Shown one piece after another: positions 1-13,590 of a DNA stretch of 64,000 nucleotides; within the stretch, counting starts at the first letter, position 1, and the number at the start of each line of letters is the position of its first letter. This stretch comes from Ruditapes philippinarum (taxonomy: Eukaryota): NCBI RefSeq assembly GCF_026571515.1, contig NW_026865023.1:62001-126000 (forward strand). The letters are read 5' to 3'. The notes beneath the pieces are model-generated. The model saw nothing but the letters and a program-made list of their open reading frames with translations, made no database searches and was not told the DNA's origin. The position numbers were made by a program, and so were the translations under genes.

Positions 1-3000
1 ATAAGAACCGTGGAACAAATACCTTATATATCATGTCATTACATAAAAAATTATCAATTTTCATTGGCTGTTGCCCAGCTACAAAAACTCCCGTAATAAG
101 GAAAAAACAAATTTTATACGATGTAATACAAAGTGTACTGTTTTTCATAATTTCAGACAAAAAATAAAAAATAATTGGTAGAAACAAAATACCTGTTTCA
201 ATTTCATTATGCTAGATTTTTGCTTGTTTTGTTGCGTTTTAAATAAAAAGTCATTTGGCGGCTTTCGAAAGTTTAAAGGTGGATAAGGATCTCAGGTGCT
301 CCTTCGTAATTAGTTCAGGGATGGGCGTACATCTGAGCAACCGTAAGTTAGTTTTATAGTACAAGTTTTGATACTTAGAAAAAGTATATTTCTGTAGAAG
401 AACATTGATTGAATGTATCCTTTAAAAAAACAAAACAAAAAAAACTTCATTTGAAGCCCAATTTTGAAAGGCTTTATTCAGTATACAAAATAGGTACAAA
501 CACCTTAATTAGATACAAATGAGGTATATACATTTCTATTCCTTCTTTCTTCTTTCTTCTAGGTAACGCTTTCAACTCAAAATTGGTAAAAATAGACCTA
601 TTTTTCCTCACAAAATTTATATACTTTTCACCACATTTGAAATTTGCATTTTTGATCGCCAGAAAATATTACCTAAAAGGGTAGCATGTGTAATGTGTCA
701 TTTTGAATGATACATAAAATAAAAGTGTTTTATTATTTCATGTGAATTCAGAAGGACACTTCTGGTAAGAATTTATATTTATCAAATTTCCCTTGTCAAT
801 ATTAAACCGTTCTAAAGAAATCATTTTTTATAATAATTTTTTGTTGATAATTATTTTGCAACAATTCCTCTTTTTAGTAGCATGATTTTTTCCCTGTTTT
901 TTTTTTAAATTGTACACTTGGTTCGAACAGTTATCAGAATCAACCACTAACAGATGTTTTTCTGTTTCGCTCTTGCCAATTATATATTCGGCAATGAAGC
1001 GTAATTTTAATGCTCACAATTCTTGGAGATATTTCATAATAAAATAAATAATTAAGTACACTTAGATCTACTTCTTAGCTTTTTAAAGTAACTGGTTAAC
1101 TAAAGTACAGCCATCCGTAAAAGCTGCAATATTGGAATGACTTTGTCAACAATTATATAGTTACGTTTTTTTATTTCCAAATTTCTAACGTTTTATGTTG
1201 TTGTTTTTTTTTTTTGTCGTCATCTTTGAGCTACACAAAGTTAAATGTAACAGATACAAGTTCAAATTCGTATTTTTGTTAAAAAAGATTATACGAGGTC
1301 TTCACTGTTAACTTTATACACATCATTATATAAACTGTCTTTTACGATAAACTGATTTGTTAATTAACCGTGATACCGTGTTGATTTTCCGTGTTAAGGT
1401 GCTACCAACAAAGATGGCGAAACAATTATCAACAGAGAGGATGTGCATGCTGCCATTTTAAATCAGATGTATAAGAACGGTAAACTGCACGTCTCGGTAC
1501 GCTGATTTTGGGTTTACTGGTAAGTCACAATGGACAATGTCTGGTGAATAAAGAAGGGTGCAGTAGCAGTTACAATTTCTTTTGTCAAAAAGTCTAATAC
1601 TGGCTGACTTATGAGCTGAGGCATTTTCGTATAGAAGTCGAAAATGTTTTGATAGTATTATAACGTTCTTCAATACTACATCTGTAAAGTGCTTTCCACT
1701 GACACATTTGCCTTTTTCACTGGAATTAAAATTGCAACACCTACACTAGAAAATGCCACACAATACATGGTAGCTCACTTTTATAAATTGTCAAATTTTT
1801 CTCAGTGGTTCAAACTTATGCACCAGTTGCTATATTTGCACATTTCATTTAATTATATTTTGAAAATGTTTTGAGCAACTGATTTGCTATTTAAGCTCGA
1901 TCGTCATTAAAAAATGAAGCACCCACCTTAAGATTAATATTCTTAAGAATGCATAGAGCATTTGATACTGAAGATTGAAAAACGTATATCTTGCATTGCT
2001 GTCAACAATTTCTTTTACATTTGTTATACTTTGGCACCTGATCCTGATTCGGGTGCATTTCAAAACAAGAATCATATTTCTTTTTCCTACTGAAACCTGT
2101 GTCAAAACACTAATTAGAGGTTTTGCAAATATCAGATATTTCAGTAAATATCTGCTTCAAATGACAACCAATCATAGAACGAAATTTTATATAAACCCAT
2201 ATGTCTTCTTGTAAACGCTTATATCAACAATTTTACTATAGCACTCAACGAGTTTTTCTATTCGCATGGCATTTCTCTATTCTTCAGTAAGATCTTTAGC
2301 TACATGTATACATCATTGTGAAGGTATTCACCTGCTCTATTTACATGGGTATGTACATTCGTTAAAATATTGAAGGAGGCAAAACAAAACAAAAGAGATC
2401 TAACATTGTATATATGGTCTTATTTAACAAATGCCTTACGAAATCAGAGGTTATAACTCTGTATATAAACAAAGGCGTCTGATGCAAGTAAAGTTTCTGA
2501 TTGGAAAATTCTTTTCAAAAAATTAACAAATTTAGTAGAATAGTACTTCTTTTGCAAAAAAAAGCAATACCTCATTTAGAGACAAAAAATATACAACACG
2601 ATCTTGAATTTTTGTGTGTGTGTGTTTGATTTTATTTTTACTTTTTTGTAAATGTATTTGTTTCTTAATGTCTTCGACATTCTATACTCGAATAGAAATC
2701 GGACAGTAATTCCAATTAGGTTTAATATCGTCACGATTTCATTTACATCAATATCACATATCATTTAGAACCCGATATTTTATGTTTGCCGACAATTAGC
2801 TCTATAAAAGCACATCTGTAAAAGATCAGAATTATAAAAAAAACTTGGTGTTTAGGAAGGAGCGTAACTGAAAAAATTATATAGAATATAGGAATTGTAT
2901 TAAAGAAAATAATTCGTTTGAAATTAATTACGTTTTTTCTTCTTTTTTTTTCATTTTATTTCATAGTCAAACCAAACCTTGTATATCCTACGGAAGCACA

Positions 3001-3057
3001 GAGGGGACATTCAGATATGTTTGCCTTGCAACAAGATTGCATATTGTTTTGTTTTTT

Positions 3058-3290
3058 TTCTGAGTTATATCTCGTGGTCACGGGATAGGATAAGAAACAA
3101 TTGGAATGGCCTCACAAAATGTAACTAAGAAACCAACAACAAAACATAATGCTTCCTCGTGGCCACGAGATATAACTCAGGGGGAAAAACTTAAAACAAA
3201 GTGCTACCTCGTTCCCACGAGATACAACTAAGAAAGGAAAAAAACAAAACAAACAAACAATCCACATCTCGTAGCCAAGAGATATTACAT
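3058..3290. repeat. Small inverted-repeat element remnant (MITE-like)
   Basis: CTGAGTTATATCTCGTGG at ~3060 is inverted at ~3161-3180 (GCCACGAGATATAACTCAG). Near-palindromic CTCGTGGCCACGAG-type units recur at ~3156, ~3209 and ~3268. Confidence 0.4.
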
Positions 3291-4312
3291 AAAACAAAAC
3301 AACAACAAAATTTGCATTGTTGTTCCTGTAGTAAGCCGACCAAATAAATGAATGTGGCACGTTTTTATGGTCTCAGCGATTTCTGAGGCAACGCTGACTA
3401 CCTCATAAACAGTTCCAGAATTCTTCTATACTGTACTTAATGTCCAAGGTATACCGGAAATCAAAACGATAAAGTTGTATAAGCATTACAGTAATTATCA
3501 ATAAATAATTTTATTCTGTGTACTAAATGTATTACTCGTTGCGACCATTAAATGGCACAATTTTGACGTTACTTTTGTACAGTACCGCGCAGATATATCT
3601 ATTTTTCCTTGTGAAAAAAAAACATCTTAATGATTAAGAACGCAATTAATTATACAAATTCGTGACTTAATTAAGGACTCCAGAAATTCAAGGTGCGGTA
3701 CACTGAGCAACAATTTAATAAACCTAATATATTTCTAGAGTACATAAGTGTTGAATACGACACTGGTGAAGTCATACGATCACACTGCCGATCGTACGAT
3801 GTTTTATCTTCTAGGACAGACAGTTACAGAGACTGTTTAATTGACGAGATCGGACTCGCTGGCCGCATTGTGCTGAGGGCGTGCACAGAGTGCTTAATTA
3901 ACACTGGGCGCTAGAGTCCGAGTCTCCTCAAAGCTGAGTAATCGGTATATAGCGTTTGACACCTGCAATAATTACGTTAAGACGTTAATGTACAACGTAT
4001 AAAGTTAATTAACAACAGATGATTTCCTTCCTCGTTGAGCTTTAATATTATATGACTTTTGTAGGACTGATAAATTTTATCGGCCAGTTACCTCGATTGA
4101 TATTTTACAAAACGCGCAATACCAACAATTTTCTGTATTCTGTAGCAAATAGCGTTATGAATTCTAATCAACTTAAAATCGACCCAGTTAAAAATTAAAA
4201 CAATTATACATGAGTAATAGATATCATATTTATTATTGCTAATCTTTTCAATGACTTCAAAGTTATCATTTAAAGCGCATGTATACTTAAAATAAATAAA
4301 ACAAGTTGTTAA

Positions 4313-4656
4313 AAGGTACTCCACTGAGGTTTATGACATTTTCGTACTAGACTGCAAATATTTTTTACCATAGATTAGGTCTTGGTCAAGTTCATTTATT
4401 TCCTATCATTCGTTCACTCCAATTTTCCAGAATGATAATTTCTGTTGTGCAAAATAACCCAAAATTTAAAAGCTTCTAAATCAAATCGGGCTAATAATCA
4501 CAAAAATGAGTCAAGACAAGTCAGTATTTAATTTTCATTTCACAAAACGCACAGTACCATAAAAATGATTTTCAAACTTATTCTGCGTATACTTCTTCCT
4601 TGTCTTTTGTATGTTTTTCATTGTAGTCTGTAAAAGTTGACTTTAGTGGAGTCCTT
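4313..4656. mobile_element. Putative Kolobok-like MITE (TTAA target)
   Basis: Left end TTAA|AAGGTACTCCACTGAGG and right end CTTTAGTGGAGTCCTT form imperfect TIRs. Related ends CAGTGGAGTCCCTTTAA occur at ~56854-56870 and ~61102-61118. Confidence 0.45.
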
Positions 4657-6923
4657 TATTTCTCGCTTTGTAAAAAACGAAAGTTGCTTTGGTATTTTTC
4701 ACTACGTAGAAAGTACTACAATCTGCGGAAATCATTTAAGTGCGCAACACTAATTTTAAGAGTTCAAGGAAGTAAAAGAAAGTCATATGACATAAACATT
4801 ACATGTTTAAAATGATGTAATGGTGCTTATAGGAACAAGAAAATATTCTTATTCATCATTTACTTAATTAAATATTAATTTACAAAACAAGAACAAAACA
4901 GTTGGAATAATAGGAGTTGCTCTATATGGTAAATATGTGAGTATATGTGAGAATATGTGAATATTAATGTGGCAGGTGTAGATGATATTATAGCTGTATT
5001 TACATTTGAAATCACTCTATAAACTTAAAGTGAATTGATCTATACTGGAAGGCCTGTATAAAAAGGTTGGTAGTATTTAGTGTTACGATACTGAATCTAC
5101 GTATTTGAATTCTTTATATATGATCAGGTGAGAAAAGACATATCTATATAAAGCAAATAATAATGTATTCTAAAACAAAATTTAATTAATCATCATATAA
5201 ATTTGCGTACTAAATCACTTACAGTCACTGCTCTATTGGCCTTTATTTTTCAAGAGATGTTTTATAAGAATATCCAAACGATACAATAGTTTTGCTTATA
5301 TCAATGTTTAAAACAGTTTCTAAAGACGCCGTATTGATTCGTTTGCACGAATAACCAGCGGTTGACTGGGTTTTTACACCCTGCTGTTCTAGGGCAAATT
5401 CTTTTGGGCAATATTTGATACCCTTCTATGCATTATTTTGACTCAAGTGAGGCCCTTGATGGGGATCATATGGGGCACCTGATTGAGCTAACGAGCTAAA
5501 TGAAAAGCGACCTCCCATGACAAAATCCAAAGTCCCCATTGAAATTCGATCCCAGTGCGGTAAGTGCGAGTGATATTTGTAATATATACATATAATTATG
5601 TCATAATACATTACACGTACTTGTTTCTAATATCCTATAATCGTTCATCACCTCGTCATCTTAATTTTAAGGTTGAACATTTCTTAAGAACAAAGAAAAA
5701 AATATGTTTTAGCACTGTTATGATTCTATCATTATATGACTGAAATAGCATCATTATAGCCCATATTCGAAGGTAATTAATGAAGGATGTTCCTGTAAAA
5801 TTGTTAGTATTTAGAGATTAACTCCGCCTACTTAATTATACACTTAATAAATCTTATAAGTGTGCACCTTTTATGTCCTTATAACTTTTTTGTTCATCAA
5901 TATTTCTTTACAAAATTTTGGGTTCTGACTATTGGCTGCATTTCCACACTTTTCTCGTGCTCAAACTTGTCAAATTTAATTATGCGGCGCGTTCAACCGT
6001 GAACGTACAAAATTCATACAATGCACGAAAAAATTGAATGAATGCGTGAAAGATAATTGCACATGATATTATCGAATACAACAGAGATCCACATATCAGA
6101 AAAACATAACAGATGGGTACATTATCTATTCAACAGCGTGACATAGCCCTAGGATTGGTCTACGCTGGAGTACACCAATCAAAGACTGGTAAAAAATAAT
6201 TTGTTTACTAGTATATAATTATTTAAACTCCATTGCATTGTAAATGCTGAAAATCATTTAAATTCAGTTCCTTCCAAAGACGAACGTAATTGCATATTTG
6301 TTTTTTACTTTTTACATGTTTATATCATTTCGAGGTTGCGCAACGCATGGTGGTCACCGCAATGTAATACCAAGGCTTAAGAAGGCTTATCTTCATAACA
6401 GAGTAACTGGCAGCGTTTATAAAATTCCTCGCCAACCACAAAATTATCTCCAACTGTATGTTACATTGATGCGACGACGCTCCAAGGCTGTAATGCACAG
6501 TCAGAGTGGCACACACGGTTTAAAACATCATTTTGCAACATCGACTTTCGACACACACTCACATTTTTAGAAATGTATCTTAAAATTTATCTTGAATGAA
6601 AAAAGAAAACAAATAAAAATAATAGCCCGTCTCTTTTCTGTATTTATTGAAATTTTCAGCATGATCGGGCAAATATTGATACACCTATGAGACCATTTAT
6701 GCATGCACACTTATAAGATTTGTTAAGTGTATATGCATAGTCTGAGTCTTCTTTGATAGAATACACTTTAGATTCCACATGCCAGCAAGACTTCTGCTTA
6801 AATATTAGAATAGTCTTTGATACAGAACAATTGCGACTTGGATTAAAAGAAATAAATAGATTATGATATATATACTCATCTCTTTTTTTACAGAACAAAA
6901 TAATACTATTATATATTGTATAC

Positions 6924-8336
6924 ATGATGGAGAAGATGTCAAAATGGTCTGCAATGTCTGTGTTATTGTCCAATGCTATGGACATTATGGGGTATAACAC
7001 TGAAATGATCCGATGCAGGCAGGAAACGTACCGCACACTGGACAAAATTTCAAATATAAATAACAAAGATGGACCATGTACTCGATTCACTACAGGTGGT
7101 AAGGCGGAGGGGATTGCACGCTACTTTGAAAGTGATATCGACCATTTACACACGGTGAAACACGTTATTTGTACAGACAAACCTTTATATATTGACCACT
7201 CGAACATTCTAACGTTGTTTAAAGTAGAAAATGAGAACACCCCACCCGGGTATGTAAAGTTAAAGCTTTTAGAACACAATGGGAACTGCCTCAAGGAAGA
7301 AATTTCTGCTTCCTTATTCGAAAATTCCAGCGGCGAGAAATACATATCTAGCATAAAGTTTACAGAAAATATCAAGGAGTCTACCATATGGTTGCCGGGT
7401 TTCACTACGCAGGCGAAAAGTGGACCGTCTTCCCCGGTGAGCAACGGTTACTTATCAATAGACAGAGTTGTTTCCTTTAGATGCTTTCTTCCACGGGATC
7501 AGAATATATTGCGGAACAGATCAGAACTTTCGCGTTGCCGTGACGTGAACGATACGTCATTTGGTTTTGAATCTCAAGTGCACGCTGTCCCTGTGGGTAA
7601 TAGCTACAGTGCAGACAAATATTTGGAATGGCGTCTAAGTTATACGGAAGCTGAGCTTAATCTCGTTCGCAATCTAAGCCATGCCGATTTAAAAGTTTAT
7701 ATTTTCCTCAAGCTTGTAGCGAGATCTATTTTTAAGCCAGTTTGTAATGAAATGACGTCATATCTTATGAAAAATGTGATTTTATGGACAAGTTCACGTT
7801 GTTGTCATAATTCAAAAAGGAGATCAAATATTTTAGACACACTGCAATGCTGCCTTGAGTTCCTAAGAAAATGCCTGGTTACAAATTATCTTCCAAGTTT
7901 TATGCTTCCACGGAGAAACCTATTTCGCGGTCGCGTTGGGTTGCACGAGAACAAAAAATTACAGTCAATATTAACAGATATGTTAAATTCTGGACCAGCC
8001 ATGATATTTTGTTGCAATAAAGTTAAAATTGCAATTCATTCACTCATCAAAATACCAGAAATGTTTAAAGAATATAGTTTATATCGAAATGAAATCGAGA
8101 AAATGATTCTCGTGCTATGCACGTGCCGGGCACGCCTTAGAACACATGGTGTCACACAGGAGCAATACGACAAATTATTAATACGGGACCGGCTATACAG
8201 GACAACCAAATTAAAAATACTTGCTAAAATCGGACTCTATGACCCGTCTGCTGAAAATGAAGCAGAAGACGTGGAGAAAATTCTAAAGTCTACAAAGGGA
8301 GAATATTATGAAAGACTATCTCGAATGCTTTCATAA
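6924..8336 (+). CDS. Mab-21/cGAS-like receptor (cGLR) nucleotidyltransferase-fold protein, 470 aa, single coding exon
   Basis: NTase motif TGGKAEG...ESDID, a third acidic residue in SIDRVV, and Mab-21 motifs PPGYVKL, EWRLSYTEAE, SYLMKNVILW and LPSFMLPRRNLF. Splice acceptor TTTTTTACAG ends at 6893, just upstream. AATAAA at 8490. Confidence 0.9.
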   Translation: MMEKMSKWSAMSVLLSNAMDIMGYNTEMIRCRQETYRTLDKISNINNKDGPCTRFTTGGKAEGIARYFESDIDHLHTVKHVICTDKPLYIDHSNILTLFKVENENTPPGYVKLKLLEHNGNCLKEEISASLFENSSGEKYISSIKFTENIKESTIWLPGFTTQAKSGPSSPVSNGYLSIDRVVSFRCFLPRDQNILRNRSELSRCRDVNDTSFGFESQVHAVPVGNSYSADKYLEWRLSYTEAELNLVRNLSHADLKVYIFLKLVARSIFKPVCNEMTSYLMKNVILWTSSRCCHNSKRRSNILDTLQCCLEFLRKCLVTNYLPSFMLPRRNLFRGRVGLHENKKLQSILTDMLNSGPAMIFCCNKVKIAIHSLIKIPEMFKEYSLYRNEIEKMILVLCTCRARLRTHGVTQEQYDKLLIRDRLYRTTKLKILAKIGLYDPSAENEAEDVEKILKSTKGEYYERLSRMLS

Positions 8337-8592
8337 GGTTGTGGTGAGAATAATAAGGTTGTCCTTCGGAAGGATTGTTCACGACAAAAATACATGAAAA
8401 TTGAAATGAAACCGCAAGACCAGAATTTAACAAAAATGACTTGGTTAGCTGGAAGTTTTTGGAAATTGTGTACTTGACAAATAACAGTCAATAAAGACAT
8501 TTTGTGTTTTATTTCTGTTTTTAAAAAATAACAAAGCTTTAAGCATATTTCATATTATTATAATTGTGTTCTATCATATGTGCAAGGCATGT

Positions 8593-8808
8593 TGTTTGTT
8601 TCATTTTACGCCTTTTTCCAACAGTATTTCAGTCATGAATATAGGCGGGTAGTTTCCTACCCATCGTTCCTTGAGAAATATACCAGTACTAAACTACATT
8701 CCTCCGCGCTAAACTACCAAAGCATCTCCCGGGGATTGAACCCCTGCCTGACAACTTGTAACTGGATTAGAAGTCATCGACTCTTACCCCTCGGCCACGG
8801 AGGTGGTC
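8593..8808 (-). mobile_element. tRNA-derived SINE, copy 1
   Basis: Similar to 15255-15465 and 36858-37074. tRNA-like head with A/B boxes and a (CAAA)n tail. Near-perfect TSD GCAAGGCATGT / GCAAAGCATGT. Confidence 0.85.
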
Positions 8809-9805
8809 GCAAAGCATGTAGAAAAAGGTCAAAAGTCAGTCCGGGTTATTGAATGAGAGGAACAACTTTGGTAATGCTCAGTACAAGTGCTGCAGGAAAC
8901 TGTTTTACAGCAAAGCCAAAATAACCTGTGACATATATTCAAAATTATTTATTAGTTTGGTAACCAAAACATATATTGAAGAATAAATGGAGTATATCGT
9001 ATGATTTGTCTGCATTTATAACGACATGAGAGTAAACTTGTTACATTCAGAGGCATAAGATAATGTTGACAAAACGACAGACTAGAATTGACTTGTTTTG
9101 TGTGAAATAAAAGCAGTCTAAAATGATTCTAAAATATCTTTTATAGCTTTATATAGAGTATTATATCTATTTTGTGATGCTGCAGGTGTTAAAAACGCAT
9201 GATAGAAAAGCAGTTCCGTGAAAGAAAAGCAGTTCGTCTACGATTATGGAAGCAGTTTCATCATGATGGCTGACTTGATGGTTCACCAAGAAATAACATG
9301 GGTCAGCAGCATAATCAAAAGTTACATTCACCAGAAAAACAATTTGAAGATCACGTGGTTTTGCACAAGGGAATAGGAACTAAACCTGCCTTTTTGGGAA
9401 GATATTCTGTTGTTTTCCCCCCTCCGTGCATAGCCGCGAAGTAATTTGTTGTAATTGTGTTAATGCTCGTATTACAGGTGCCACATGTGTATGTGGCCGG
9501 GTGACTAAACGGCGAATCTGTTCAAAACACATGCAACATCACAAAATAGATAACACACTTTATATAGAACTGTTAAATTTATTTCAGAATCATTTTAAGT
9601 TAACACTTGTATTTTACTGCTATTACTCAAAGACGAATAAAGGCTTTTCTATTCTGTCATTTTGGCAGAACAATTAAATGTTTATTCAACTTTCGCCGAT
9701 GCACGGGTGACAAGAAAATCTCTACTTATCAAATAGCGAGCTAAAAACAATAAGAAACAAAACAAAAACGGTTAACGTCACCATTAATGCCTGAAAAAAT
9801 GAATT

Positions 9806-10033
9806 GAGTCGCGTCACGACAAAACCAACATAATGGGTTGGCGACCAGCATATGGATCCAGACCAGCGTGCGCATCCGCACAGTCTGTTCAGGATCCATG
9901 CTGTTCGCTATCAGTTTCTCTACTTGTAAAAGGGTTGGTAAGCGAACAGCATGGAAATGATCAGCTTGCGAAGGCTGGTCTGGATCCATGCTGGTCGCAT
10001 ACTCACTATGTTGTTTTTGTCGTGACACGGCTC
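9806..10033. mobile_element. MITE, ~230 bp, with ~28-bp TIRs
   Basis: GAGTCGCGTCACGACAAAACCAACATA at the left end and TATGTTGTTTTTGTCGTGACACGGCTC at the right. Internal inverted GCGACCAGCATATGGATCCAGACCAG / CTGGTCTGGATCCATGCTGGTCGC. Confidence 0.8.
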
Positions 10034-10039
10034 GATTGC

Positions 10040-10841
10040 TTTTAAATAACCTGTGGACTGAAATTATATAACATTATGAAGAAAAAACATGCGAACTCAA
10101 TTAAATTTGGATAAAATTGCACCAGTAGTTTATGAGGAGTAGTCCGGACAAACTTTTGCGTATCTGGCAACACACAGAAAAAAACACCTTTTTATCAAAG
10201 GGCCATAACTAGGCCAAAAATCATTCAACCGGAAAACCCGTGCAATTTGCGCAAGGACTTGAGCTACAGATCAATCCTGTAAAGTTTCATTGAAATTGCA
10301 TAAGTGGTATAAGAGAAGTAGTCTGGACAAACTTTAAAAATAAAAATTATTATTAAAGGGCCATAACTCAAACAAAAATCATTGAACCGGAAAATGCTGA
10401 CAATATGCACAACTAGACTTGGTACTGATCATTCCTGTAAGTTTGGATGAAATTGCACCAGTAGTTTATGAGGAATAGTCCGGACAAGCTTTTGTGTATC
10501 TGGCAACACACAGAAAAAGAAACCTTTTTATCAAAGGGCCATAACTCGGCCAAAAATCATTCAACCGGAAAACCCGTGCAATTTGCGTAAGGACTTGAGC
10601 TACAGATCAATCCTGTAAAGTTTCATTGAAATTGCATTAGTGGTATAAGAGAAGTAGTCCGGACAAACTTTAAAATTAAAAATTATTAAAGGGCCATAAC
10701 TCTGACAAAAATCATTGAACCGGAAAATCCTGACAATATGCACAACTAGACTTGGTACTGATCATTCCTGTAAAGTTTGGATGAAATTGCACCAGTAGTT
10801 TATGAAGAGTAGTCCGGACAAGTTTTGTGACGGACGGATGG

Positions 10842-10873
<32 letters not shown>

Positions 10874-10917
10874 GAAGTGATCCCTATATGTCGCCACTAC
10901 TCCGTAGAGGCGACAAA
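10040..10917 (-). mobile_element. Non-autonomous Helentron-like (HINE) element with tandem repeats, truncated at one end
   Basis: About 2.2 copies of a ~335-bp unit (ATTGCACCAGTAG at 10116, 10452, 10786), each made of two related halves. (GACA/GACG)n microsatellite at ~10828-10870. Terminal stem-loop TGTCGCC...GGCGACA at 10889-10915. Confidence 0.75.
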
Positions 10918-11391
10918 AAAACCGCGAAACCAACCTTCATGTTATTGCAATAAACCATAAATAATTATAAAAGAAAATGTTTAACAAGTCATGAAACTAA
11001 CTAATTGTGACCCATTATATACAATATATGTACATAAGCTAGCCTATTTACATCCAAACAAAATGTTCTTTAAACACACCTCGATACAAAACAGTTTCGA
11101 TTTATCAAAATAATTGGTACCTGTTACATACTAGTACATATCACATAAAACATAAAATCGCAGCAGTGTATTTCAACCTGCATGATCTCAGTAAATAATT
11201 TAGCACCCCCTCCTTCCCCATGGCGAACTATTTTGTAAAAAAGAACTACATAGTAACATACGTACATGTATATGTTCTTATGTTAAATATATGACTTCCA
11301 TCAAGTTCAGTGAGTATAACGTGTTGAAAACATTGATTGATAGCATTAATGGGGATAAAAAAAAACTGTTGGGAGAATGTAATTTTCAGAA

Positions 11392-12153
11392 TCATTCCGT
11401 TTTATTATTAGCTTTAGAATAATGGATCTTTTCGTGTCTTTTTAGGTTTGATTTTAACGAGAATGACTTCTCACACTTGAAACATTGATGGTCCCTGTCC
11501 CCGGTGTGGACAATCATATGACTTCGCAGTTCTCTATTTGAGAAAAATGTTTTATCACATACAGAGCAAGCCCAGCGTTTTTCTGACTGGGAATGTAAGC
11601 GCGAAATATGTTCTGTTAATCTCTGAATGTCCGACAGTTTTTTATTACAAATATCACATGCTAATTTCTCTCGCCCAGAATGCAAAACGTCCGTGTGTTT
11701 TTTAAGATCGTCCTTTGTTTTGAAATGGGTATAGCAAATTTCGCACGTGACAGGTCGGCTATTTGAATGTACAGTTTTGTGGCGTTTTAAATGGGAGCTG
11801 GAGATAAAACGCATGTCACATATGGAACACGAGTACCTTCTGTCGTCATTGTGGTACCTCATATGGATATTATAACTTGTATACTGCAGGAATGCTTTGT
11901 CACAAATCGGACAAACTCTTGGTCTTTCATTGGTATGAATCATTTTGTGTATTTTCAGATAAGAATTTCTTGCAAAAGTCTTGCCACAAGTGTCGCACGG
12001 AAATCTTTTGGGAACTTTTTTGTTGTTGCCAATCACCAGCTGCTGATTCTTGTTGTTAGACTTCTTATCTACATTTTTGGAGACCTTTGAGCTATTTGAT
12101 TTTACACGTTTGCCAGTATCAAACGATTGATCCTTTATTTTGCCTTCGCTCAT
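11392..12153 (-). CDS. C2H2 zinc-finger protein (7 fingers), ~253 aa
   Basis: Seven CxxC...HxxxH fingers with TGDRDH / TNERPR linkers. The acceptor TTATTACAG starts the exon at 12209, and the first ATG inside the exon is at 12153. The ORF-track start at 12240 is intronic. An upstream coding exon cannot be excluded. Confidence 0.85.
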   Translation of the reverse strand: MSEGKIKDQSFDTGKRVKSNSSKVSKNVDKKSNNKNQQLVIGNNKKVPKRFPCDTCGKTFARNSYLKIHKMIHTNERPRVCPICDKAFLQYTSYNIHMRYHNDDRRYSCSICDMRFISSSHLKRHKTVHSNSRPVTCEICYTHFKTKDDLKKHTDVLHSGREKLACDICNKKLSDIQRLTEHISRLHSQSEKRWACSVCDKTFFSNRELRSHMIVHTGDRDHQCFKCEKSFSLKSNLKRHEKIHYSKANNKTE

Positions 12154-12263
12154 TTCGAAATATATTGCCTGTTCTAACTGATGCTTACACTCTTCAACCA
12201 GGATAAATTCTGTAATAAACAATGATAGAAATACATACATTAGTCACTAGATCATCTGTTTTA

Positions 12264-12588
12264 CCCTTTCACTGCCAGAGGGTTATTGTTTTATTGATCA
12301 CCTATTTGCCAGAGGGTTTTCTAAGAAATTACTATATTATTAATTAATATAATTATTATTATTTGTTATTAGTATTATAATAATTATATATGTTTCCAAA
12401 TCTGTGAGTATAATAATAATTGTTGTCGATGGTATAATCTTCTTTATATTTATTATTATTTTCATTATTATCTTTATTAATTTATTATTATTACTATTTT
12501 TATTATAGAAACGGCTAAAGCCGTTCATATGGCAAATACGCCGAAAAGAACAGGGACGGCATAAGCCGTCCCTACGGCAGTGAAAGGG
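12264..12588. mobile_element. piggyBac-like MITE
   Basis: TIR CCCTTTCACTGCC / GGCAGTGAAAGGG. TTAA on the right and TTTA on the left. Subterminal hairpin AGGGACGGC-ATAA-GCCGTCCCT. AT-rich (TAT)n interior. Confidence 0.75.
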
Positions 12589-12649
12589 TTAATTAATACA
12601 AAATAACGCATGATTTTGTTTACGAAATATTCTTTACTGCTCAAGGTTG

Positions 12650-13240
12650 GAGTCGTAGCCGGACTATATTTGAATGCGGATAAAAATATTTCATAACTAA
12701 AAGGAATTAGCCACATAACAGGAATAAATTCCGAAGTATGTACATTTTTGCTTGTTTAGGAGAAGCAAGAAAATGACTGCATACATTGTGTTAAAAATGA
12801 AACAACCCTTTACAGAGATTTTTTACAGAAATACGCTCAACGCTCGTCTGGTATTGTGACGTTATGATTTGATGAGGTCATAGAGAAGGACACACGACGT
12901 TACGCGGCAAAATCAGTAAAAAAGGCTTAAAATCACTAAATAAGTATGACATAAATAGAAAAATTATTTGTTTTCAATGTAAGTTAAAATGTATCATATA
13001 CTTTTTTATATACTTATGAATGTAATATTGAGAAATATTGATGAAATAAAATGCGTATTTTCATTGTCCGTATTTTCACTGGTGTCTTAATTGCCGGACT
13101 ACTTTCTTCTAATTTCTGCCAGTACACAAAATTTCAGGGAAGTCTATCAAATAGTTATGTCAAAAAAATGTATATAATATATCTAATACATATTGTAGTA
13201 TGAAAATTATAATTTTTCACTCGTGACAACCGCCACTTAT
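12650..13240. mobile_element. Dispersed non-autonomous repeat, same family as ~51705-52150
   Basis: Shares GTAGCCGGA(C/T)TATAT(T/C)TGAATGCGGAT, CGACGTTACGC(G/A)GCAAAATCAGTAAAAA and TTTTCACTCGTG with 51705-52150. Confidence 0.65.
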
Positions 13241-13523
13241 GAAATCTCTATTTTCATACCTTCCTTTGTTACAAAATAGATAAGTGTTTATGCACGAGTT
13301 TTCCGTGCAGGGTAAAATCAATGTGTATTAAACAATAACGAGCAGATCTTGTCTAGTTTTGCTTGCCACGTGTTTCCGCACCCACATTCTGAAGCGGTTT
13401 TCGTTCTTAAATTGTGTCATACAATTAGTCAAGATTCTGTTGCATTTTTTTTTTCAAAATATACTATCATACCATTCACATTACTTGAATTGAAAACTAA
13501 ATAATAAAACACTACCAACTTAC

Positions 13524-13590
13524 TTTCAATTAAATCCCTTTATAACACGTATGCACTAATTTAATTATAGCTTAGATGACCGGAAGTGAT
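13524..13590 (-). promoter_or_regulatory. Candidate first non-coding exon and ETS-type core promoter of the zinc-finger gene
   Basis: Minus-strand donor AAA|GTAAGT at 13523 and ETS/GABP consensus CCGGAAGTG at 13580-13588. Inference only. Confidence 0.4.

Noticed and set aside
1458-2400. Possible decayed coding sequence on the minus strand
   Set aside because: Several stops in the frames read and no recognisable motif, so it cannot be assigned.
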